64,000 nt of DNA from the human T2T-CHM13v2.0 reference genome, Homo sapiens: assembly GCF_009914755.1 (NCBI RefSeq), contig NC_060935.1. The stretch is one strand, 5' to 3'. The position numbers and the translations under genes are program-made. The notes below the pieces were generated by a model, which saw nothing but the letters and a program-made list of their open reading frames with translations, had not been told where the DNA came from and searched no databases. Positions 25,864-39,677 of the stretch are shown here, one piece after another (the first letter of the stretch is position 1; every line of letters starts with the position of its first letter).

Positions 25864-28161
25864 TGATAAGGTTTGGCTGTGTCCCCACCCAAATTTCATC
25901 TTGAATTGTAGCTCCCATAATTCCCATGTGTGGTGGGAAGGACCTGGTAGGAGACAACTGAATCATGGGGGTGGTTTCTCTTAAACTGTTCTCATGCTAG
26001 TGAATAAGTCTCACGAGATCTGATGGTTTTATAAGGGGCACCCCTGTCGCTTGGCTCTTATTCTCTCTTTGCTGGCTGCCATGTAAGATGTCCCTTTGGT
26101 CTTCCTTCATCTTCTGCCGTGATTTTGAGGCCTCCCCATGCACGTGGAACTGTGAGTCAATTAAACCTCTTTCCTTTATAGATTACCCAGTTTCATGTAT
26201 GTCTTTATCAGCAGTGTGAAAACAGACTAATACAGTAAACTGGTACCAGTAGTGTGGGGCACTGCTGCAAAGATACCCGAAAATGTGGAAGCAACTTTGG
26301 AACTGGTTAACAAGCAGAGGCTGAAACAGTTTGGAGGACTCAGAAGAAGAAAGAAAAATGTGGGAAAGTTTGGAACTTCCTAGAGACTTGTTGAATGGCT
26401 TTGACCAAAATGCTGATAATGACATGGACAATGAAATCCAGGCTGAAGTGGTCTCAGATGGAGATGAGGAACTTGTTGGGAACCAGAGTAAAGGTGACCC
26501 TTGCTATGTTTTAGCAAAGAGACTGGTGGCATTTTGCCCCTGCCCTAGAGATTTGTGGAACTTTGAACTTGAGGGAGATGATTTAGGGTATCTGGCAGAA
26601 GAAATTTCTAAGTAGCAAAGCATTCAAGATGTGACTGGGTTGCTGTTAAAAAGCATTCAGTTTTATAAGGGAAACAGAGAATAAAAGTTCAGAAAATTTG
26701 CAGCCTGACCATGCAACAGAAAAGAAAAACCCATTTTCCAAGGAGAAAGTCAAATCAGCTGCAGAAATTTGTAAAGTAACAAGGAGCCTAATGTTAATCA
26801 CCAAGACAATGGGGAAAATGTCTCCAGGTCATGTCAGAGATCTTTGTGGCAGTCCTTCCCATCACAGGCCCAGAGGCCTAGGAAGAAAAATGGTTTCATG
26901 GGCCAGGCCCAGGGCCCCCTGCTGTGTGCAGCCTAGGGACTTGGTGCCCTGTGCCCCAGCTGCTCCAGCTATGGCTAAAAGGGGCCAAGATACAGTTTGG
27001 GCCATGGCTTCAGAGGGTGCAAGCCCCAATCCTTGCCAGCTTCCACAAGGTGTTGAGCCTGCAGGTGCACAAAAGTTAAGAACTGAGGTTTGGGAACCTC
27101 TACCTAGATTTCAGAGGATGTATGAAAACACCTAGATGTCCAGGCAGAAATCTGCTGCAGGGGCGGGGCCCTCCTGAAAACCTCTGCCAGGGCAGTGCAG
27201 AAGGAAAATGTGGGGTTGAAGCCCCCACACAGAGCCCCCACTGGGCACTGCCTAGTGGAGCTGTGAGAAGAGGACCACCGTCCTCCAGACCCCAGAATGG
27301 CAGATCCACCAACTGCTTGCACTGTGAGCCTGGAAAAGCTGCAGACACTCAATGCCAGCCTGTGAAAGCAGCCAGGAGGGAGGTTGTACCCTGCAAAGCT
27401 AAAGGGGCAGAGCTGCCCAAGACCATGGGAACCGACCTCTTGCATCAGTGTGACCTGGGTGTGAGACATGGTGTCAAAGGAGATCATTTTGGAGCTTTAA
27501 GATTTGACTGCCCCACTGGATTTTGGACTTACATGGGCCCTGTAGCCCCTTTGGTTTGGCCAATTTTTCCCATTTGGAACAGCTGTATTTACCCAATGCC
27601 TGTACCCCCCATTGTATCTAGGAGGTAACTAACCTTCTTTTGATTTTACAGGTTCATAGGCAGAAGGGACTTGCCTCATCTCAAATGAGACTCTGGACTG
27701 TGGACTTTTGAGTTAATGATGAAATGAGTTAAGACATTGGGGGACATGACTGGTTTGAAATGTAAGGATACAAGATGTGGGAGGGGCCAGGGACAGAATG
27801 ATATGGTTTGGCTGTGTCCCCACCCAAATCTCATCTTGTATTGTAACTCCCATAGTTCCCACACGTTGTGGGAGGGACCCAGTGGGTGATAACTGAATCA
27901 TGGGGGTGGTTCCCCCATACTTTTCTCATGGTAGTAAGTAAGTCTCAAAAGATCTGATGGTTTTACAAGGGGAAACCACTTTCACTTGGTTCTCATTCTT
28001 TCTCTTGTCTGCTCCCACGTAAGACATGCCTTTCATCTTCCACCAAGATTGTGAGGCCTCCCGAGCCACATAGAACTGTGAGTCCATTAAACCTCTTTTT
28101 CTTTATAAATTACCCAGTCTCGGGTATGTCTTTATCAGCAGCATGAAAATGGACTAATACA
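25864..28161 (+). mobile_element. Full-length THE1 (THE1C-like) MaLR provirus: 5' LTR 25864-26234, internal 26235-27798, 3' LTR 27799-28161
   Basis: Both LTRs begin TGATA(A/T)GGTTTGGCTGTGTCCCCACCCAAAT and end GACTAATACA. Polypurine tract precedes the 3' LTR. 5-bp TSD acaag at 25859-25863 and 28162-28166. Track ORFs at 26331-27628 are decayed MaLR internal ORF pieces. Confidence 0.96.
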
Positions 28162-29200
28162 ACAAGCAACTTAAATTGAGTCTCAGTTTCGTAATCTCTA
28201 AAATAGAAAAAATAATACCTTTATGATGTTAATGTATAAAATAGAAACAATGCATATAATGAAACTATAGTAGTATACAGTACAAAGTCCTCAATAAATT
28301 ATAGCCATTGTCATCATTATCATCCCTGAACCATAAAATGTTTTCATTACTGTGATTATAGAAAAATTGAAAAAAAATCTTAATCTGTAAATCTCTGGCT
28401 TTTAAAAAATATAATCACTCTGTAATTTTTATTATTATTTAAAAGAGAGTGCTAATCTAAAAAATAAGAAAAAAGTCCCTATTAAGCCAGTAAGTTATTT
28501 TCTAATTATCTGAATTATTTCCATGAATGTGAAGTATGGAAAATTAACAACTACAACAGAAACCCATATTCTTCCTTCATCACATTAATACAAGGATTAC
28601 AAAGAACATATAAAATCAGATCATAAGACAATTCAACATGTCATTTCCAGTGTTAATAAGGGATATTAAGTGGAAATTTCATAACCGTATGAATAAGAAC
28701 TCTCAAAATTCAACTGACATGGTCTTCTGTTTTTGAGTCCTGTATCTTTCACTGTAATAAGCAAAGATTATAAGTATACTTTCTGGTATTCAAGTTTGAA
28801 AAGTATGTAATGTTTATCGATGTAGAAAACTGCTTTCAACAAATACATAATCTCAGCCTATGGTTTCACTGGATCACTAACTTTTCATTATTATACATTC
28901 TATAATCATCATCTCATGTAAATATTGTAGAAAAATACTATAACGGTATACCTAACTAGATCCCCTCCAGACAATTTTTAACCACTGTTCTAGAGCCTGA
29001 TATCAGTAACCAAAAAAATAATCAGAAAACCCTACAGAGTGTGATTCTACTATTTATATCTACGGATAAATCAAAACTACTGTATATAATTGTTAAATAA
29101 AATCTGAGGCCAGTGATGATTTTTCTAGTAAAAGTAAACAGCCACTAAAATACAACATTTACATGTAGTGGTTACATGAAAACAAAAAAAACAAAAACAC

Positions 29201-29483
29201 AGCCAGGTGCAGTGGCTCACACCTGTAATTCCAGTACTTTGGGAGGCCAAGGCAGGAAGATCCCTTGAGGCCAGGAGTTGAAAACCAACCAGAGCAACAG
29301 AGCAAGACTCCATCTCTATAAAAAAACTTTAAAAATTAGCCAAGCATTGTGATGCACATCTGTAGACCCAGCCACTCAGGAAGCTGAAGTGGGAGGATCG
29401 CTTGAGCACAGGAGTTCGAGGCTACAGTGAGCTACAATCATGCCACTGCACTCCAGCCTGGGCAACAGAGCAAGAGCCTGTCT
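29201..29483 (+). mobile_element. AluJ with no poly-A tail
   Basis: Dimeric Alu running directly into (TCTG)n. Confidence 0.92.
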
Positions 29484-29606
29484 CTGTCTGTCTGTCTGTC
29501 TGTCTGTGTCTCTATTTATTTATATATATATGTGTGTGTATATATACACACATATACATATATATATACAAGTACATATACATATACATATACACACATA
29601 TATATA
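29478..29606. repeat. Compound microsatellite (TCTG)n-(TATT)n-(TA)n-(TG)n-(CATATA)n
   Basis: Direct reading. Confidence 0.92.
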
Positions 29607-30467
29607 CTGGTAATAAAAATAGTATTTTTAATACACACATGCAAAGAAGAAAGTTTGGAAAACTAAATAACAAAGATAATGCAGATGATTTTTACTTCCT
29701 TAAACTTATTTACATATTTTTAACTTTCTAACATAAAGATGTATTCACTGTTTAACTTTTTAGTTTTAAAGAAGTTAACAGCATGAGTTAAAAGATCCAC
29801 TCTACAGTTTCTTCTCTTGAGTAGGTGGATGCTGTTTTTCTACCCTGTATACCACAGAAGTCAATGAAAATGTTTACTGAATAAATACATAGGATTGAAC
29901 GACTGAAAAATCTAGGTCCCAGGAATAGGAAATATAAGTTCAAAAATAAATGAAGGCAATGTGCATAAAGAAGGCAATATTCTTATACTGACCAAGATAA
30001 ATCAAAAATAGAATATGAAAAAAAGCAAAGACAAGAAGTAAAATCATGTATGCGATATAAATAAGAAAACTTAAACAGATTCTTTTCATATCAAGATCTC
30101 AGAATCATGAAATAAATTTATATATCAGGAATTAAGTCAATTTCCCTTCTAAATGTTTCCCATCCTAACCTATGAAGAACCAAAATCAATGGTATTTAAA
30201 CCACATTAATAAAAAGATACAATAACCACAATATCTACAAGTACAAGGATTGCACCAACCCAATATTTACTGTTGAATTCACACGCCACATCACTTTGTC
30301 TCATTGCTTCCTTTCTCAAAAAGGTCACAAAAGCCAACTCAGAAATACTTTGTTCTAACACTAAAGAGCTCAAAGTGCTCTTGTGCAAGGGGGGGAAAAT
30401 AAAAAAAAGAAAAGAAAAGAAAAACACGCTACCAGCGTAGCAGATTCTACTGAATGAAATCAAAGCA

Positions 30468-30540
30468 GTGCTTGCTTCAGCAGTACATATACTAAAATTG
30501 GAACAATACAGAGATTAGCACGGCCCCTGCGCAAGGATGA
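30468..30540 (+). pseudogene. 3'-truncated U6 snRNA retropseudogene
   Basis: gtgcttgcttcagcagtacatatactaaaattggaacaatacagagattagcacggcccctgcgcaaggatga matches the first ~76 nt of U6 with CpG decay and a 3-nt deletion. The 3' end and oligo-U are absent, and no upstream PSE/TATA is recognisable. Confidence 0.95.
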
Positions 30541-31110
30541 AATTCAAGTAGTCAGAGGCTAGAGAGAACAATTCATACACCTACCTAGCTATGGGCACAC
30601 GGAACAAGCAAGTTGTATCAACTTCAGAATTCCACTGGCAGACTCAACAAATAACAAAAACACTTGCTTTATCAGATACATTCGAATCTAGTGATCTTAG
30701 GAAATCCCTCTCACTGGCTAAGCAACCATCTTATCAGTCTAAGTGACGACCCGTTTTTGCCTTCAATCTACAGATAAAGTAAATCAAAACTATTACATAT
30801 ATTGGCTAAATAAAATCTGAGGCAAGTGATAATTTTTCTAGCAACTTATTCAACATGTGCAAGTAGTAAACAATAACAAAAAACACCAGTAAAGTAACAC
30901 ATGAATAAAACATATCAGAATCAGTCATCTTTTTAAATGAACACTGGATATTAAAAAAGTATCTCTATCTGAAAAGGAATCTATAGGACTGAAAGAAGAA
31001 AACAGGCTACAGTTAATTAAGGTAAAAGTATAGTGTTGAAAATTAGGGACTGATTTAGTAAAAGATCTTGTAAAAATAATGAAGGTTGAGAATTCTTAAA
31101 CATAATGTTG

Positions 31111-31406
31111 AGCCAGGTGTGGTGGTTTACCCTGCAATCCCAGCACTTTGAGAGGCTGAGGCAGGAGGATCCCTTAAGGCCAGGAGTTTAAGACCAGGTT
31201 GAACAAAGTCTTGTCTCTACAAAAAAAAAAAAAAAAAGAAAGAAAAAAGAAAAATTAGCTGGGCATGGTGGTGCACGCCTGTAATCTCAGCTACTCGGGA
31301 GGCTGAGGTGAGAGGCTTGAGCCCAGGAGTTCTAGGCTGTGGTGAGCTGTGATTGTGCCACTACACACCAGCCCAGTCGACAGAGTGAGACCCCCATCTA
31401 AAAAAA
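31111..31406 (+). mobile_element. AluJ with an expanded A-rich linker
   Basis: Dimeric Alu followed by AT-rich repeat at about 31410-31560. Confidence 0.92.
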
Positions 31407-32075
31407 TTGCATATATATATAATTGCATACATAATTATATATAATTTTATACATATATAAATTATACATATAAAAGTACATATATACATATGTATGTATA
31501 ATATATATTTATACTATATAAAATATATAATTACATAATTTATAAAAATAAAATATATATAAGATTGAATTAAAGGAAGTAATATTTCCTGAGTTAAAAA
31601 TTTGATTGAATATGCTATAGTCCATGAGATACAGAAGGCATCAGCTATATTACACATTTTAGGACCTTAGAAAATTGTGGTCTTATCATACATATAAATT
31701 GTATACATATAAAAACTATACATATATAACCATATTCCTGCTCACCGCTGTAACTGGACTTCCTCCTAATGTTAATGATACTGCAAATAAAAACTCTAAA
31801 TATAAATTGAATGCATAATCAGGGGAGAAAGCAAATGGTCTAAGTAGACTCGCCCTCAGTGACAAGTCTGGGGAGAGGTCAGGAAGAGACTAGGATGAAA
31901 TCAATAGGGGTAAGGCTATGCAAAAAGAAAAGAAAAAAAAGTTGTACTAAGTTTTCATGCTTGAAAAGCTCAAGGTATTGCACACATTCAGTAGAGTTTC
32001 TCCCACGAAACTAGTTGAAGAAATAGAAATAAATCCAATGTTTTCAATCTGCCGTTTACTTACTGGTATCCTTAC

Positions 32076-32162
32076 CTGTATAGTTCACTCTGCTTTGAAG
32101 TTGGTTTGAGACTGAAGTAATTTTAGCAACTTGCTACTTATCTTATTCTGACTGCTCCTCTG
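32076..32162 (-). other. Candidate non-coding or poison exon (84 or 87 nt)
   Basis: Long pyrimidine tract, tagcag NAGNAG acceptor, CAG|gtaagg donor. Stops in all three frames. Confidence 0.3.
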
Positions 32163-32984
32163 CTATTTCTCAGAGAGGGTTGTAAGAGTAAAAATGAGAA
32201 TCAACAATGACTAGTTTACTTAAAGTACTAGAGACCATTCAACTACTTACAAAATTACAGGCATTTTTCTCAAATCACAAACATCTTATCCTCAAGTAAC
32301 AGAAGCTAAATGCTGTACTTTTAAACTTTAATTTGGGGTATCTTATTTTGATTTAAAGTAAGTGTACTACTATTCTGGTATCAGTAATTCTTCAATTTTA
32401 TTTTCCTAGGAAGGAGAATTTAAGTTCCTGCCTGCTCATTTATTTCTGGAAACAGAGAAGCAATTTTCCCATTATCCTTTCTTATTGAAATTTGTTCTGC
32501 TAAGTTTTATCCACTGCAAAAATAAAGTTAATCATTTGAAGAATAAAATATAACAGGGAAGTAAAAAGAAGTTTAATATATGCAGCTCTTTAAAAGATAC
32601 ACAGATTTATGTTTAAATTTGAATGATGCATAAATTAGGAATTTAATATCTGTCTACTTCTTCTGATTTTGCTAGAACCAGACATCAATATTATCATCTC
32701 TGGGGCTTTTTATGTTATATTTTCAAAATGAACAATGAATACAAAGTACATTTTCTGATGCCTCAAACATTACTTGAAAAATAATAAGGCTGTTTTTAAG
32801 TGTCAACTGAGAATTTTCAAGTTACATCACTGTTCTGACTTTGCTTACTGATATACAATTCATTAAGTTACTTTTTCACTATTACAGGTACTATTCAAGT
32901 TACAAGATACACAGCAATTGGAAACAACAGTATTATCCTTGAGTATCCATGGTTTCCATTTAGAAATAATGCTGGATTTTTAAA

Positions 32985-33165
32985 TTTAAGAAATTTGGGC
33001 TCAGACAATTCAAATTCCTTCTGTGCCACTTATTACCTATGTGAACTTGCACAAGTCACCAAAAATCTCTGAAGATCAATTTCCTCTTCTGAACAGAATA
33101 ATCATACCCAGTCATATTGTTGAAGTAATTACATGAAACAGGATAAAGTCCTATATAGATGTTCA
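32985..33165 (+). mobile_element. MIR
   Basis: ttcaaattccttctgtgccacttattacctatgtgaacttgcacaagtcac core. Confidence 0.7.
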
Positions 33166-33399
33166 AAAAATGGAAGGTATAATATAACAATAAAAGAAAA
33201 GTACTTGGTGAATCTAGGTTTGGATCTACTAAAATGTTTAACTCTTCTGGAAAAGGAAACAAAATTCTCATTTATTTAACTTACTACTTTAGTTTTTCAA
33301 TATATATGCTAGATACTATGATGCTATCCTTCAAAGCAATTACCACACTCCTAAACACTTAGTATGTACTCAAATATCATTTAATTTAAATATTTTAAC

Positions 33400-34250
<851 letters not shown>

Positions 34251-34254
34251 ATTC

Positions 34255-35201
34255 TTTTTTTTTTTTATGAATATACTTTAAGTTCTGGGGTACATGTGCA
34301 GAACGTGTAGGTTTGTTACATAGGTATACATGTGCCATGGTGGTTTGCTGCACCCACCAACCCATCATCTACATTAGGTATATCTCCTAATGCTATCCCT
34401 CCCATAGCCCCTCACCCCCCAACAGGCCCCGGTGTGTGATGTTCCCCTCTCTGTGTCCATGTGTTCTCACCGCACAACTCCCACTTATGAGTGAGAACAT
34501 GTAGTGTTTGGTTTTCTGTTCCTGTGCTAGTTTGCTGAGAATGATGGTTTCCAGCATCATCCATGTCCCTGCAAAGGACATGAACTCATTCTTTTTTATG
34601 GCTGCATAGTATTCCATGGTGTATATGTGCCACATTTTCTTTATCCAGTCTATCATTGATGGGCATTTGGGATGGTTCCAAGTCTTTGCTATTGTGAACA
34701 GTGTTGCAATAAACATACATGTGCGTGTGATTTATAATCCTTTGGGTATATACCCAATAATGGGATCGTTGAGTCAAATGGCATTTCTGGTTCTAGATCC
34801 TTGAGGAATCGTCACACTGTCTTCCACAATGGTTGAACTAAATTATACTCCCACCAACAGTGTAAAAACGTTCCTATTTCTCCACATCCTCTCCAGCATC
34901 TGTTGTTTCCTGACTTTTTAATGATCGCCATTCTAACTAGCATGAGATGGTATCTCACTGTGGTTTTGATTTGCATTTCTCTAATGAACAGTGATGATAA
35001 GCTTTTTTTCATATGTTTGTTGGCTGCATAAATGTCTTCTTTTGAAAAGTGTCTGTTCATATCCTTTGGCCACTTTTTTATGGGTTTTTTTTTATATAAA
35101 TTTGTTTAATTTCTTTGTAGATTCTGGATGTTAGTAGCCCTTTGTCAGATGGATAGGTTGCAAAAAATTTTCTCCCATTCTGTAGGTTGCCTCTTCACTC
35201 T
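34255..35201 (-). mobile_element. 5'-truncated L1PA7-like element
   Basis: Poly-T, antisense 3'UTR and ORF2 C-terminus (track ORFs 34393..34716 and 34812..35060). No clean direct TSD. Confidence 0.93.
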
Positions 35202-36159
35202 AGCTTTACTGAATGGCTTACCCTGATGTTTTCTGCCATTTCTACAAGCCTTCTAAAATAAATATTAATCAAAAGAATAACAAAAATGATAAAATAATAG
35301 AAAGTACAAAGAAAAAAACAACCAATGGGCCAGAAATAATCTGTTCTTGCAACATATTAAGAATGTATACATGGGGCAGCTATCCAAGGCATGGCACATT
35401 TAGAGGTTTTGAATGTTTCTCTTGTAACCAAAATGGGCTCTTTTGTCCTCTCCCACCATCTACAACATTTCTACGTCCTCCCACACAATCCACTAAGAAG
35501 AAGGGCATTACCTGCACACAACTGAACAATCTATGACTATTACTAAGATTCCACCTAGTATGTTTGCCACTCTGATTCATTCCTACCGTTTTAAAAGAAT
35601 AATATAAAAGCTATGTGAACTTCGAAATATCCTTAAAGTAGAGGACAGAAACATTACAAGCACTCCTATTTGGTCAGGAAAGAGGAAACAACTTATCTTA
35701 GAATGAATTCATCAGTTTCATAAAATGCAGGAACATCCCATTCTAGTCTATTAAACTTCATTCTCCAACTCTAGAGATCAAGAAAAGATTTAACTGTAAC
35801 AGGCTGCACACCTCAGAAAACACAGATTCATGAGATGATATTAATGCAGAGAAACAGACATTAATAAACCTTGCTGAACCTGGGCGTCCAGCATGTTAGT
35901 TCCAAGTAATGTAGTTTTGTCAAGGAGAACTAGATCTCCTCCCACCGACTACCCAACAAGAAAACATACTATTTGGCCAGTGTACCAGAACCTTCAGATC
36001 AAACAACAGTTAAGACAATAAGAGATTCTGAAAGGATCAAATATATCCACAAATTAAGGAGGAGTTCTTAAGTAAACAAATGGAAAAGACAATTAATCAT
36101 GCATTGCTTGTTTGGCCACCTTCAAACAACCGGACAGTGGATGACCATCCATTCTGTCA

Positions 36160-36227
36160 TTTTCTTTTCTTTTTTTTTTTTTTTGAGACAGAGTCTTGCT
36201 CTTGTTGCCCAGGCTGGAATGCAGTGG
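36160..36227 (-). mobile_element. Severely 5'-truncated Alu (last ~43 nt plus tail)
   Basis: Poly-T followed by gagacagagtcttgctcttgttgcccaggctggaatgcagtgg. Confidence 0.88.
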
Positions 36228-36900
36228 AACATAAATTACAAAATACATACCAGCATAATAAAAATACCACCTTAAACTAATATCGCAGTTTACTATTTTC
36301 AAAGCAATTTGACATACTGCAAAGAAAACAAGTGACAAAAAAGAGTGGAAATTTTCCATCTAAAATAGAAACTTTAGAGTTCTAAACTTTCCAAAGAACA
36401 GAAAGTATTCAGAATTGAATTCACTATAATCCTTCAATAACTATATAGTCTAACATTCAAGAGCTTAATAACAAAAACAGTTGTAACACATTCCAAGATA
36501 TGAGTATGCCACAAGAAAGAATGGTAATTTAAACAGCATTGTTTTCCAAGGAAAAACTCTTAAGACTGTTTCTTCAAAAGCATGGCTTTAGAAGAGAGAT
36601 TCTCAACATTTTTTCTCTGCCCCAAAACAGTTCGAGGATACACACAATCTCATTAATAACAATGACTCATAACCTATTTAGAGATTTATTTTGATAAACA
36701 ATTTTAAAAGCAAATTATCTTTGAAAGTGTCAAGCTGGTTGAGCATTCAAACCTTAAGGTGAAAATTATTTTAATTAGAACTTAATTTAGTTGAAATCTG
36801 CAGCACAAAAGAAGTTAGAGAGAGGCAAGAGAGGAAAGGGGCTGGATGGCACGGAGTCTCTGGTCAGCTAAGGGCAATAACAAGAAGACGGACAAAGAAG

Positions 36901-36985
36901 AAAAAAAGTAGGATTCTAAATACAAAAAAAAAGTAAGATATATAAAAAAAAGTAAATATAAAAAAAAGTAGGATTCTAAATACAA
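36901..36985. repeat. Degenerate tandem array of four A7GTA-headed units
   Basis: aaaaaaagtaggattctaaatacaaa occurs twice, 60 bp apart, with two shortened units between. Confidence 0.85.
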
Positions 36986-37479
36986 ATAGACAGCACTAAG
37001 GATTTGTCTAGGCACCTGGAAGGGTACCTTTACTGCACATGCCTTGACAGGAGCTGAATTCTTATGTCAGAAATGGCTTGGAAGACTGCAAACGGAAAAC
37101 ACCCACTAGGCAAAGCCATCATTTTTCTCAAAACTGAAACACTGGTTCTATTCCTGGTTTACAAATTTTGCAAAAAAAAAAAATTGTAAAAAGTTCTGAA
37201 AAATGTAATACATGATGGCAAAGAAAGTAAAGATTTTTCTTCTCTAACTCTTAAAAGCACAAAACTGAAGATCATAAAATCAATTCAGTGTATGAATGTT
37301 TTATCAAATATAATAAACTTAGAACACGAAGGATACCACTTAAAAGCTGAAAAGTTTTGTATGTAACTCTAAAACTTCACAGATGAAATCGACATAAATC
37401 ATAACCAGAATGTCGGGGGATATCAGTAAGGGTACCAATATGCTTCCTCAAAATATTCTTGAAATAACACCAAGGTGAC

Positions 37480-38225
37480 AGAATGCTCAAGTGCACGAAC
37501 TCTGGTTGTGAATCAATGTGGGGGTAATTCTTATGCTGTTATTCACAATTTTGTGAGGCTACCATCTCTGAAATTAGGAACATTTGCCTAACAGCTGATG
37601 CAGATGTCTATGACAATAAAGAAGAATTAAGTCAATGGCTACGACTGCTGAAAAGAATGAGAAGCCAGAGAAGCATTCATGTCAGAAGACAAACACTTTA
37701 AACTACTATTAGCATTTACCGGGATTTCATACATTTGACTATTTCCAAAGGGAGAAGAAACCTTGAAAACAGTCTATTCTGAAGTCAGCTAGGAAACTAA
37801 ACTCTAGAAATTCATATTTGTTTCTTCTACCTTACAACTGTATGGGAAATTTTCACACTGTATTTCACTTTAATTCTGATAACCAGAAGAACCTAGTGAT
37901 GTGATAAAATAAACAACACTGTCCCTGTATTACAGCTGAGAAAACTGAAGCATGCCCAAGGTCACACAATTTACAAGTGGTAGTTGCCTTTTAGTTTATC
38001 TTTGAACAAACATTTTAAATGTCTCCTCCTCTGAGAAATTTTCAAATTATTACCCAGTCCAAAGCATTCTCCTTTCTGCTTTCCCACAATACTTGCAAAA
38101 ATACCACTCTCAAATACTTCCAAAAACACAAAACAGACAATGAGACATTAAGCGATCTGCACAAGGACGTACTGGTGGAGCTTTGAGTCTGACTTCAGAG
38201 ATTATGCAATTAACCACTCAACTAT
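37480..38225. mobile_element. Cluster of MIR and L2 fragments
   Basis: For example tattacagctgagaaaactgaagcatgcccaaggtcacaca and aaatgtctcctcctctgagaa. Confidence 0.5.
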
Positions 38226-38249
38226 TTCCCGAAATGATCACTAACCAAG

Positions 38250-38875
38250 TATGATCTTTTCTGCTATAACTCCTTTGCATAAAGTGAATTAGTTCATATA
38301 AGCTTAGTAAATGGGGTATGATGTTAATATAACTCAGATTATATATAACTATTTTTCCCACACTTTTTGGCCGTGTATGTCCAGCTTAACACGAAGTTCA
38401 CTGACACAAGCCAATGCAGTGAACTGCACGGGACTGCTGCACTGTTCATGGCGCTCATTCATGCCACTCTGTTGCTACTTCAATTTGGTCACTTACTATG
38501 TCCTGGTAGGGCTTTTTGCATAGCACTTCCTCATTTTTTGTGTACTTTGTCCTAATCTTCGGCAGTCTATCAGCCTCAAACCTTCAATGCATCCCTTTCC
38601 ATCAGCAACCACCACCTTTAAAGATAAAATCCTATATTTACTGTAATATTTCTTTACTTATTAGGACTCTGACATGTTTTTTAACTAACTGTTTTTAACT
38701 AACTGTTTTACTAGACTGCTATTGCTTTTATTAGTGATCTGGATATAATGCTGTATAGATTTTGAGTGATTTGTGCAACTCCATTTTTCCCAGACCTTTA
38801 ATTTCTAGTATATGATGGTTACAACCACAAGATTTCTCAGAAATGTATCACAATTATAGCAAAAACAATTGTATA
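38250..38875. mobile_element. Old TcMar-Tigger-like DNA transposon remnant
   Basis: Inverted ends ttttctgctataa (~38257) and ttatagcaaaaa (~38854), with a Tigger-like interior. Subfamily not resolved. Confidence 0.45.
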
Positions 38876-39374
38876 AAAATGTTTTTGAACCAATATCAAT
38901 ATTTACTATATATTCCTTTAGAGCCAGTCAGATCTTTCAAGTTTTTCTGCAGAATAAAATTGCTTCCATCAAAAACGCTGGGCATCTAACACAATAGAAC
39001 AGTTATTCATTCCCTACTCTTTTCAGTGCCTTCTATGCAAGCCGAAAGTCAGGAGTTCCTCAGAAGGTTAGAAGAGAAATGCATAAACATGCTATGACTG
39101 GCTCCTAAACTTGACCAGGCATCACCCACCCACTTGTGTAACTTAAAGAAAATACAGGTTCCCCTGCCCTCACACAGACCTCCTGGATTTCCAGAGACTG
39201 ATTCCAGAATCTACATTTGAAAACTTCCACAGTTGATTGTGTTTAATGATCAGGCATTTACATAAGAAAGAAAAATGCATAAAAATTAAGCCCCAAAAAT
39301 ATGCTTTTACTTTCTGCAATGACAAATAATTCAAGTGAAAGAAATATCATTCCTAAATGTAAAGTACTAAAATT

Positions 39375-39677
39375 GGCCAGGTGTGGTGGCTCACACCTGT
39401 AATCCCAGCACTTTGGGAGGATGAGGTGGGAAGATCACTTGAGTCCAGGAGTTTAAGACCAGCCTAGGCAACATAGTGAGACTTGGTCTCCACAAAAAAT
39501 ATAAAATTAGGCAGGCATGCCTGGTGCATGCCTGCAGTCCCAGCTACTTGGGGGACTGAGGTGGAAGGATTGCTTGTGCCTGGAAGGTCAAAGCTGAAGT
39601 GAGCTATGATCACACCACTGCACTCCAGCCTGGGTGACAGAGCAAGACCCTGTCTCAAAATATGAAAAAAGAAAATA
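39375..39677 (+). mobile_element. AluJ
   Basis: Full dimer. TSD aaagtact[a/g]aaat at 39361-39373 and 39678-39690. Confidence 0.93.

Noticed and set aside
26331-27628. Cluster of 94-168 aa ORFs
   Set aside because: Fragments of the decayed THE1 internal region, not a host gene.
29105-29120. C/D box snoRNA suggested by CTGA and GTGATGA
   Set aside because: The boxes are in the wrong order, no D box or terminal stem follows at a suitable distance, and the second copy lacks the C box.
29402-29731. ORFs with YIYI/THTH runs, also 48969..49160
   Set aside because: Microsatellite translations.
30468-30540. Functional U6 gene
   Set aside because: 3' third missing, internal deletion, CpG decay and no external Pol III promoter.
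36901-36985. CRISPR-like repeat-spacer array
   Set aside because: Eukaryotic context; the intervening sequences are degenerate copies of the unit, not unique spacers.
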